Assembly (NCBI RefSeq): GCF_037042905.1
Contig: NC_087252.1
Span: forward strand, 19,222,001-19,286,000
Direction: 5' to 3'
DNA from: Lytechinus pictus
Taxonomy: Eukaryota
DNA length: 64,000 nucleotides
Shown here: positions 38,324-49,070 of the stretch, in pieces
Position numbering within the stretch: the stretch's first letter is position 1
Layout: every line of letters starts with the position of its first letter
Made by a program: the position numbers and the translations under genes
Notes under the pieces: model-generated
Databases searched by the model: none
The model's input: the letters and a program-made list of their open reading frames with translations, nothing else
What the model was told of the DNA's origin: nothing

Positions 38324-39106
38324 CTTTGAATAGAAAAAAATATGAAAAACTTAGAATAAACCAACAAAAATATGATAAAATCTGGAAAGAAATGGACGAT
38401 TATTGTAGCCCTTTCCATCAAAACCTTCAGTCTCAGAAAGACAGCTGGTGGTGGAAGTTGGTTGAGCACATTGCATGTAAACTATGCATAGTTTTAATAA
38501 GCATTTTGATTATTTTCAAATGTTAATAAATAAACATCAAATCCCTGTAAGAATCTGTGAAAGGAACTAGGCAAATACAAGCAATCTTACTCCTGGAATG
38601 AGATTCACATTGCACATTGTTTATAGTCCCTACTATAAGTTCTTGCATAAAAGTATTGGAATGTTCTGTAGCATGGTTGCTGATGATGAAGCAAATTACA
38701 CCTTTATTTTCCATCCCAAATCTTGCCAAATTTTTCCTGATTTTAATGTATTCCTCAAATAATAAGAATATTAGCAGTCCTCTATTAAAAAATCAAATCA
38801 AATCCTATTAAGACTATAAGTATTCAAATAAAATGCAATTTCAGTATTATCAGACGAGATCTACATAACGTGTAGATCATACAAAAATTCTTAATTATAA
38901 ATATTCCAAACATAAATTTGCCAAGTTCAGGTATGATATCACCTGTAAATGTAATTAACAAATTTTCATACAATATGATGATGGGCTTGATCTTGAAAAA
39001 TAAAATGATTTCATCTTTCCAACATGAAACAAGAAATTCCATAAAATTTTTGTTTCCTTTCAAACTGCAACCTGTGATATTTAGGAGAAGTGTAATGTGT
39101 TCTCAC

Positions 39107-42100
39107 CTTGCTTGATTCTGCCTTGCTTTGATCACTAATTCCTGATGCATTGGTGCTAACGGGAGAGGGGAGTGAACGCTCCTTGGAGTCTGCTGAGACA
39201 ACAACTACATCTGGAACTGATTCATCTGATGTCCCAGGGACTTTGTTTCCAATGAGTTGAATCATGGGCTGACCTTCTGACGTTTGTTCAAGAGTACCAC
39301 CATTAGGAAGCAACACGTGTGAACCTGGGTTGACTGTCTGAGGATAGTCTTTCAACTTCAAAGGACGTGCACTTGCCGCAGCAGCTGCAGCAGCTTTGGC
39401 AGCTACAGATGCTGCCTTAGCCCTTTCCCCAATCTCCTTCTTGCGTTGTTCCTCCACTTCCTTGAGAATGGCAATGAGGGCTTTTGTCTGGAGACGCCAA
39501 AAACCTTCACTGACAGCGACTCTTCGGCTGCTGTAGATCATAGTCAAGGCACGCATCGTTTTTGTGAAGCAACCAAACATGCAGTTGTCCAGCTCCTGAG
39601 AGAAACTGACGGAATCCTTCATAGACAATTCACCTTGGAATCCAGTAAATAACTCTACAGGAGCTATTGTATTTAGAGGAGGGACAGTATAGTTATTAGT
39701 CCGGAATATGAGGTCTTCAAGGGTGGGGAATAGAGGTACATCTTTCAGCTTGTGGCTATGACAACCCATCGGGATCTTATAGAGGACCTTCTCTGGTTCT
39801 TTGTAGTTCATCTTGTCTGACTCGTTGCATGGGCCCTGGAGATCAAAATAGAGCTTGTAAGCAACTTCCCTGGACAACTTCACAACAGCTGGATTCGTCA
39901 CCATGTCCTTGTTGAACTTTGACGGTTTGGCATAGTTAGGCATAGAAAAATTTGTTGGACCCTTCAACAGTTCATTCCTGATCGTATCTACGAGTTTGTT
40001 GGCATCAGGTAGATCCACCTTTATCCTTGAGATGTAAGCATGGGGAATCTTATTGGGCTCAAGGTAGGGGTCCTGCAAGGCTGCTACTGCTATTGTGCGA
40101 TTGGCAGATTTGAGGTCAGACCCTTGCCTCATCTCCTGCAAAATCTTGCTAACAGGGGCATTCCGGTTGATCGATCCGGTAGGGTAACGGTTTGTCTTGT
40201 AGGCTATGGAGCTCTTCGAGATTGGATGTGTGATTTTGCCGGTGGGGCGGTATACTGCTGAATGAAATGTCTTTTTGTGATGCTCTAAGGCGTCTCTTGT
40301 ATAGCAATCACGATCACACATAAGACAAACATAAGGAGTTCTTTGTGTCCTCACAACAGGGTATCCATCACGACTGAGGGCAGATTTGGTGACACCTTTA
40401 CTTGAAGAAGTACCTCCTTCACTCTGGACCACAATCGTGCGAGTGCTGTTTCCGCTGTTTGTTCCTGCTATCGACTTAACTTGGGCGCCAGATGGGGGCG
40501 TCTTTCCAGATGCTCCAGGAGGATGCTTCCGTCGCATCAGCTGCCGGAAGTAGTTGTGGATCTTTTGCTCATGCATGTCACGCTGGCACTCCAATATGAA
40601 GGACTGTCTGCACTGTGCACAGGGGAAGCTATGCGTCCGCAACCTGTGGATCTCATAATCGCACTGGCTGTACAGAGTGGAACTGTAATGACAGTGTGGA
40701 CAGCTGAAATGGGAACCGGGACGTTGTTTCATATGAACAGATGCATCTTCCATTTTAAAGAAAGCCTGGTGGCATCTCAGGCATTCTATCATCCACTTTT
40801 CTCCTGATGGCAGAGTAACATAGGTATTACCCATGCGAACTGTCGTCAGATAGACACGCCCTTCATCCTTTTTGTCACTTTCATCGGCACTGCTGTTACC
40901 ACCACTTTCGCTTTGCTTAACATCTGTTACTGCTTTCAACTGAAGGACCTTACCCTTTTTGGCTGGTGAATCAGAGATGCATATTATTTCTGGTTCTTCA
41001 CTTGTATTGTCTTTTGCTTTGACTATCTTTTCTTTTTTCTCCCCATCCTGTGCCTGCTCAGCAGTGGAATGTTCATTAGTATCACTTTTCGCAGTTTCAT
41101 TAGCATCACTTTTTGCAGTTTCATTAGCATCACTTTTCACGGTTTCATTAGCATCACTTTTCACGATTTCATTAGCATCACTCTTCCCAGATTCATTTGC
41201 ATCATTTTTAACAAGTTCATTTTCACCATTTTCCTTCGCATGTTTTTCAGATGATGGTTGTTTGGATTCACTACTGCCATTTTCATCACTGTTCACTTTG
41301 TCCGGTTCCACTTCTGACTTTGCAGCCTTTTCATTTAAACTGTTACTACCATCTTTTGTAAGGTCAACCGGTTCTGATTCCTCTTTCTTTTGTCCATTCT
41401 TTTCAGCATCTGCCTCCTGCTTCGCCCTAATCTCTGAGCGGGGCCTCATCCTCGCTAAAACCTCCTCCGGAATGTCAACACCATGTACCATCTGGACGTG
41501 GCTCATGAAGTTCTTCCGTAGCTTGAAGCAGATGCAGCAAGCCTCGCAACGGAACTTGGCCTGGCCGTGGAGACAGTGGAACTGCTGGGCAAACATGTTT
41601 GCAAAGTACATATCACAGGCTGTGCAATAGTAGCCCCAATTATACTTGACCTTCTCATTACTTATATTCGTCACCTTTGGCAGTTTGGATTGTTGTTTGT
41701 TCTGGAAAATAATAGCCTGTGACTGCTGCTGCTGCTGGAGTTGCCGCTCCTGCAGCTGTTGCATTTGCTGATGCTGCAGTAGCTGATGTTGCTGCTGTTG
41801 TTGCAGCAACTGCTTCTGTATTGCTCTCTGCACTTCTGCCTGATGTCCAGATCCAACTTTCTTGACTTCGGGGGTCAACGATTTTGGTGCCTTTTCTGGC
41901 TTTTCTGCTTTTTCGTTCTTCCTCGGTGTCTTGGGCTTGCGGCCTCTCCTAGCGGGACTTTTTTCCTCGATTGGAATAACGGGCTGTTTCGGATGAACAT
42001 TGGCTACATGATAGTCGAGCTTGCTCTTACGAGAGAAAGATGCACTGCACTCTTTGCAAGGGTACGACTCTGTCATCATGCCTCTCATTTCCATTCCAGA

Positions 42101-42274
42101 ACTCAGACGGCTCAGTCTCTTTTCCGTTAACGTCTTCGGTGTCCGTCGCTTGGGAGTTTCTTCCTCCTCCTCTTCCTCCTCCTCACCGTCATCCCCACTT
42201 TCATCTTTCGGCTTTTCTTTCTCCTCCTCTTCCTTGTTGTCTACCTCCATTACATTGTCTTCTTTTTCACTCAT
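39107..42274 (-). CDS. Zinc-finger protein, first coding exon (~7 C2H2-type fingers, AT-hook-like RRGRKPK, Q-rich tract); joined product ~1813 aa
   Basis: 1056 codons. Fingers include CKECSASFSRKSKLDYHVANVH, CEACCICFKLRKNFMSHVQMVH and CLMCDRDCYTRDALEHHKKTFH. Acceptor ttttcag at 42298, donor AAG|gtgaga at 39106. Confidence 0.92.
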
Positions 42275-43206
42275 ATTTGCTGGATTAGTGTTATCACCTG
42301 AAAAGATAAATAAAAGAGCAAAAATTAGTTTTACAAGTATTCAAGACTTACAAGTTTTTGCACTTCGTTGCTGCTCTAATCTAAATTTTCTTTTTCAGGG
42401 AAAATTTTGCTTATCAAATTTTATTAGCATTTTTTGGTCATAAAAGAAAAGGTCTGTATAGTCTAAGTTCTGTACATTCTGCTACAAAAAAAAAGAAGTT
42501 TTATGCACATGTGTGTAGCAGTCCTTAATAATAATTTTTTTTTCGGTTTTAACAAGGGTTGCCTTGTTTGGACAGAGATGAGGGTAGGGAAGTAATTGCT
42601 GAAGAAAGAACCATATTGTCTGAAGAAGCCTACAGAAACAAAGTACAAATAATTTTTTCTTGGCCTCATCTATATAGATGTTCAATTCCTCGAAAAATGA
42701 ATTAATTATGCAAGTTTATGCATACGCCTTAAGGGCGCTTTCCAGCAAAGGCGGATATTTTCCAAAATCTTTTATTGGCTCTATTTCAAATTTGGATCAC
42801 AATTTTCGAGTAAAAATCACATGGAAGTTCATAAATACAAAGGGGTATCATAATCAGCCAAGTCTGTAATCAGCCTCAAACACGCGTATAGAATCCGAAC
42901 CATACAAAAATTATTTATATGCCAAAATTTTGGGAATAATATAATTATGGGGAAAGCTGCTCACATATCAGGACATATGAAAACACAAATTAAAAAAACT
43001 TTTAAAAATAATCGTTCTCATTCTCGTTCTCTCATGGATTTTCATCAAAACTTCAATATTTTTCTATTGTTTAGAACTGCTTTTGGAGAAGTCAAAGCAA
43101 ACCTGCCTGTTTAAAGGTAAAAGATAGTAGTTACAGCAAACTATTATTTCATGAGAAAGTCAAGGTTAATTGTCACCATACTATATATATCTACTGGTAC
43201 ATTTAA

Positions 43207-43662
43207 AGGGATGGTCCGGGCTGAAAACATTTATAATATATCTTAATACATAGAGTAGAATTCACTGAGCAAAATGCTGAAAATTTAATCAAAATCAGAT
43301 AACAAATAATAAAGTTATTGAAGTTTAAAGTTTAGCAATATTTTGTGAAAACAGTCGTCATGAATATTCATTAGGTGGGCTGATGATGTCACATCTCCAC
43401 ATTCCGTTTTCTTATGTTATTACATAAAATCACATTTTTGTCATTATTTAATACTTGTGTGAATAATATGTGTCCCTTATAATGAAATAAGTTGCAGCAA
43501 TAGATATCTAATGCACTAAATCAGTTGTCAATCCAATTTTTCTAGTTCTTGGAGGAAAAAATTTGAATAAACCTAATTTCATATATAATAAAATACAAAA
43601 GAACAAGTGAATTCTACTCTGTTTAGTATTAAGCTATACATACTTTCAGCCCAACCATCCCT
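43207..43662. mobile_element. Nested TTAA element, family C
   Basis: TTAA|AGGGATGGTCCGGGCTGAAA ... TTTCAGCCCAACCATCCCT|TTCA. Confidence 0.75.
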
Positions 43663-43798
43663 TTCATGTAAGATCTTTGTAAAATCGTGAAATTTCAGAT
43701 CAAAACCGATAATTCTGATGACCACTAACACAGAAAAGCATATGTGGGACAGTGTATTAATATTGCTTGGAAAAATATGCGACATTTTATGGAATTCT

Positions 43799-44753
43799 CC
43801 CGGCCCCCCACTCGGGGTGGGAGGGACCGCATGCATGTTCCCAAAAAGAAAATGTCCGGTAAAGGGGTACTTTTTCGCGGGACAAGTCCGGCCCGTGAAT
43901 TGTAAAAAAAAAGGGGGTGTATTTGACTTTTCACCCGGAGATTTCTTCAAAAAAAGGGGGGGGGGGGGGTTTCTCTCTCTTTGGATTCCTGAGAAATTTA
44001 AAAAAGGGGGCTATGAAATAAAATATCTTGAATATCATAGAAAAATTGATCAAATTCCTTAAATTTCTGCTACTTTTGAAAGCTTATTCTGGATTATCTC
44101 ATTTTGAAAAGTAAAAAAATAGTCCCCCACGATCGACTCGATAGTACGGACTTCTCGAAATCTGCAAGAGAGATAACAACCCTGGGTATTGATGTGATCC
44201 AATTGGGATTCTGTTTACAAGTGATCACGTAAAGTGACAAGAGTTGAAACTGCTATTCACAGGACTTACATTAACAAAGATTTATGTCATGAGATTTTCA
44301 CTTTTTTTGTGTTTCTTATGACTGCATTGAGTCCTGAGATCTCGTTTTGAACATCAAAAAATCTTTCTTAAGGTATAGATCTAGAGGGTTCTCACAAGCA
44401 GCCATATTAGAGGACAAACAATAAAAACCTAGCCTGTGCATCACACTATTAAAGAAAGGTAATTGTTTTCATGGTTTTGCTTTTGTTTTGTCCTCCATCA
44501 TGACATCATGGAATCTCAATTGTAATGACAGGCTTCCCTGAGATGAAAGGGAGGGGGGGGGAGGTTGTCTGTCCTGAGATAGGGGGTTGGACTGAGAGCT
44601 CACCTGAGATTGGGGGTACGTATGAGCAGCGTTCCGGTTTTAGGGGGGTCTCAAAGGCAGCAAAAGCTCGCAAAAGGGGGGTTCAGACATTTTCAAAGGG
44701 AGGGATCAAGCATACGCGCGTACCCTTAAATAACACTGAGTGGGGGGGCTGGG
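43799..44753. mobile_element. CCC-terminated DNA element with 8-bp TSD
   Basis: GGAATTCT|CCCGGCCCCCCACTC ... GAGTGGGGGGGCTGGG|GGAATTCT. Confidence 0.8.
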
Positions 44754-44903
44754 GGAATTCTGTGCCTATTTCGCTCATTTCTCAGCAATTATGCATTTTC
44801 TTCCAGAGCCACTTGGCACATACCTGTACAAGCATTTTGGTGGTTATTGAATTCTGATCGAACTCATTTCCAGATCGTTACCACAACTGGTATTTATCTT
44901 TAA

Positions 44904-46356
44904 AGTTGAATTAAGAAGGGGGTGAGTTTCCATAAATATAGGTTCTACATACAATATATAGTATATATAAGTTGTTCAAACACATAGCATGTCACAATAA
45001 TCCTCTGCCTTCTCGATATTTTGCTTTGAAAGTCTATGAAATTAGCCACCTGTCAGAGCCCGAGAGACGAGTGTACAGAAAAGTCACTCGGAGTGTGACG
45101 TCACCGGGGGGAATTTAGTATAAGAGGTGCCTGAATGTCATACAGAAATGCTATGCAGAGAGAGAAAGATATTTTACAATTTTTTTTCAAAGCAACTCAA
45201 ATCAAACAAATAGGACTGATATGTACAAATCTTTACTTTCCCTGTATAAAAAACAGTATGAATAACCACCATGAACTCTTCAATCATGATGTAAGATAGC
45301 AAACAGTGAGTTATTGAATGATATTTTCACAATTTCTCATTTATTTTATCACGATGTTCAATCAAGTGAGTAGCTGGAAAGTAATTCCGGCGGCTAGCTC
45401 AGCGCGCGCTGAACGCATAATACTAGTACACACAACACCCAGGCATTGAGTGTACTGTTATGGTCTGGTATGTCGACCTAGTTCATGGCCGTGCAGCGAT
45501 CCCCTGGTGTTTTTTCTTCTTTTCTTTTGTCTTTGACTCCACTTTTATATCCTCTGGATCATTTCCACTCATAGCTCATTCCACAGAACAATCTTGAACC
45601 AAACGTATAGTATTCTTTCTCGGCCTTCTGAGTTGTTTTCTATATTTAATTACGCTAGGGGTCACCGTCACACATACAAACGCATTCGGAAGTGAGTCGA
45701 AGACAGAAAGATATATAGTAATTAGTATACATCTCTATGGTTGAAGACAACAAGAACGGTACGGTAGCTCGACAGCTAGCTGCGCCGGAGCGGGCGGCCG
45801 GTCGGCACAAAGCAATTCCGCAACCAACTGTGTTTTTTTGCAAGAGCCGCGTCACACGCGGATAAATATGTCATAATAACACGTCTGCTACGTTATCGAC
45901 TGGTGAGAAGATCTCGATCAAATTTCATATTATTCACCTTGAAATTATTCCTTTAGGGTCTATGGTATCATTCTGAGGGAATTCACATATTTGGAATAAT
46001 AGTACGGCCACAAATATTTTAATCATTTCCTCTTTGCAAGTTCTATGGCTCGCAGATACAACTTCAACTGCAGTTATTCCATATGAAGGAGTACGTGCAT
46101 AGTACACAAAACGGCACTGCCTTGTTTACTACACCGGGACCGAATACCCCCCGGTGACGTCACACTCAAAGAACACCCGTCTCGGTAGGCATTGCAGGAG
46201 CGAACTCAGGGAAAATGGGTAGGGATAAATCGTTCAAATTCACTATTTTGAAAAAAGAAAATGGGGGGTCGAATCACCTATTAGTGTTTTGGGGGGTTGT
46301 AAGGTTGCTATTAATGTAAATATCTCAATATTTGGAATCGTCTTCTTAATTCAACT
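44904..46356. mobile_element. TTAA element, family D (15-bp TIR plus 21-bp internal inverted repeat)
   Basis: TTAA|AGTTGAATTAAGAAG ... CTTCTTAATTCAACT|TTAA; GAGTGTGACGTCACCGGGGGG at 45091 and its inverse at ~46147. Confidence 0.85.
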
Positions 46357-46498
46357 TTAAGTATGGGACATTCTCTTTTAAATACACTATGAAATCCAAA
46401 ATTATGGGTACCTCTTTTTAAAATAATATTTTACATAATTATGTCACAACATACATGTGCATCAAAGCTTAATAGGATTTTTGAAAATTTAATGTTAA

Positions 46499-46598
46499 AG
46501 TGGTACTCCAGACTGGAAATTTTCATGTTTTGTTTGTCTTTTTTTTCTTTATCTGTTCAAAATTTCAAATCATGTTACTCTCAGCCTGGATTACCCCT
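46499..46598. mobile_element. 100-bp internally deleted TTAA element
   Basis: TTAA|AGTGGTACTCCAGACTG ... CAGCCTGGATTACCCCT|TTAA. Confidence 0.6.
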
Positions 46599-46759
46599 TT
46601 AACTATTAAAATTAGAAGTCTTTTTTTCAAAAACAGAAAATAACTGACCCTTGGTTTTGCCTAGTGACATGAAATTATATTCACCCATTGACACTTGAAA
46701 CTTACAGTTTCTTGAAAATTCAAAACCTTTCTCTGTAATTTATATCTCAGTAGGGTTAA

Positions 46760-47324
46760 AGGAGAATGAAACTCTTGGAGCAAGTTAGCTTTTGTGAAAG
46801 CAGAAAAATCAAAGAATAAGATCAACAAAAGTTTGAGTAAAATAGGACTACCAATAGAAGAGTTATGAGCATTTGAATGTCGAGATCACTAATGCTATGG
46901 AGATCCTCCCATTGGCAATGCGACCAACATCTATGATGTCACAGATGAACAACTCTCCCCTTTTGGACACTGAAAATATACCCCAAAACATTTCTTTTTG
47001 CTCATTCTAATCATGACAGACGATTCATCAATGATATAATGTTGTGAAACCTCTGTACTTGTCCTCTCATAAAGAGAACACCTCACCTTGTGATATACTC
47101 TGTAAAAGTGAGAATATAAGTGAAATAAGTACTAAAGTAATGAGACATCACAGATCTTGGTCACATTGCCAATGGGAGGATCTACATGGCATTAGTGATC
47201 TCAATATTCAAATGCTCATAACTTTCTAATTATTCATTCAATCTTCCTCAAACTTTCAACAATATGTTTCTTTGATTTTTCTCTTTGATACGGATTCAGC
47301 TGGTTTCAAGGGTTTCATTCTCCT
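46760..47324. mobile_element. TTAA element, family E
   Basis: TTAA|AGGAGAATGAAAC ... GTTTCATTCTCCT|TTAA with ~190-bp imperfect inverted arms. Confidence 0.85.
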
Positions 47325-48757
47325 TTAAAGTTAATTGATTCTACATAACCTTTGGCCTGGATCTTGAGGACTGAAACTCATGATCAACACTCGATTAAAT
47401 CCACTTTAATGAAAAAGGTTGACATACGTTGAACATGTCAGTTTATTGAACAGAGGAAAACATAGAATTTTGGATTCCCTATGGATTTTTTTCAAGACAG
47501 TGAGGAACTAAATAAAAGAAAATTGATTATTCATTGAAACAGCAAATATTGTTCAAGCATACCTGTAAGAAATATCTTGAGTCACATGTGCAAAAGTAAA
47601 ATAATCTCACTTGAAATTTAAGTAATTTAGGGTATCAAAAATCCCCAAATATATAATTCATGCATAAACGTACGACAACTAACTTGAACTTGAGCAAAAA
47701 ACTGCAACATCAAAATTGATGCATAAGAACGACAATAAACTTTTTTTTATACTAATTTAGTGCAAATACACCCATAATTGTAATTCATGCATACGATTGA
47801 CAACTGAATTCCTATGACTATGTAAAAGTAATAGGCCCGAGGCTAGTACTACTACACTACATGTACATGTACTATGATGTAGTCTAGAGAGCTGCCACCC
47901 CCCCCCCCCCCATCCCCGCTAATCAACCAAACTCATATGGGTTTTCATATATGTAGATCTGTGGCAGTATGGGGGTCTACCTGCAACTTTAGTCTGGAAA
48001 ATTACAATTGAAAATTAAACTGAACATCTAAATCTTGACTTGAGAAAAAGTAAGCAGGATAAAGTGGGACAAAGGAACCTCAGTACCCCCCTCAGCCTCA
48101 CGCCATGTTGGAAATCTAATTGATTGGACACAACCATTGTCATTTCAGGGGTGAATCCCCCTCATTAATAAAATATTGAATAAAAATGTGAATAAATGAA
48201 ATCGAACAGAACATAACACAATTTGTATTTCTCTATTTTATGAAGAATTAAATAATGCAAGACTATCTGTAGGAAATTTATGGATTATAAATAACACAGC
48301 GAAATTTTATTCATACAATAATACAACTTTAAAGCTAAAGTTTCCCTCTTCACCCCTATTTTCAGCTTAACAATGGAATGGTCCAAATTATCTTCACTGA
48401 AACTAAATCTCTTATTCCACAAAATTACGGCCAATTTTGGCAGGATTATGTGCAAATTTATCCCATCACCAAACTACAATGCATATATCATATGTCTGTT
48501 TACTGGAAATTCAACAAATTTTACAAAATTTAAACTAGTATCGTATCAAAGTTCAAATATTGCGCCGGGCGACAGACACTCATTCATGCAACATAGTCTC
48601 CATTCGTTTCCACGTATAACGTGTATAATAGGCGCACAAACGGAGACTACGTCTACGACCCATCGAAAAGTGTTAACGCACCTCCCCCAAAATGAAGACA
48701 AAATATCACTGTATGAAGAAATAAATACACATATTCGATGACAGAGAGAATATTTAC

Positions 48758-49070
48758 CTTCTATCGAGTACCATCGTGAATTTTATTTGCAGCAATAGAC
48801 GTTTATTCCGATGTAATGGTAGTTAACATATGACCGGTTGTACTCCTTTCCTTCGCAGGATGGCGCGGTATACAACAACAGCATACAGTTTTTCCTCCTT
48901 TTCTCTCTCTCTCGCTTGCTCTTCACAACACAAAATGGCCGTATATCGCATGAAGAACAAAACTAACTACTAGTAACCGAATCGCATTCGGTTTCTCGAA
49001 CACACACACACACACCCTCTCGCACAGTGCGCACACATGCTCATCAAGTATGAGAGTTGTCATGGCAAAA
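48758..49070 (-). promoter_or_regulatory. Probable promoter and non-coding first exon of the zinc-finger gene
   Basis: CpG-enriched; YY1-type GCCATTTTG on the minus strand at ~48931-48939; donor AAG|gtaaat at 48757; near-palindrome AACCGAATCGCATTCGGTT at 48975. Confidence 0.6.

Larger units (their letters stand above)
43115..44899. mobile_element. Older TTAA element hosting two nested insertions
   Basis: TTAA|AGGTAAAAGATAGTAGT ... ACAACTGGTATTTATCT|TTAA (imperfect TIR). Confidence 0.55.

Noticed and set aside
34481..42443. Plus-strand ORFs overlapping the zinc-finger exons (e.g. 40959-41630)
   Set aside because: They are antisense shadows of a low-complexity coding strand.
45422..45446. THAP-like start MPGCCVY on the minus strand inside the family D element
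   Set aside because: A stop follows immediately and there is no further THAP or transposase similarity.
45617..45627. TTCTCGGCCTT match to the U2 snRNA 5' end
   Set aside because: The match is only 11 nt and the flanks do not continue the U2 sequence.
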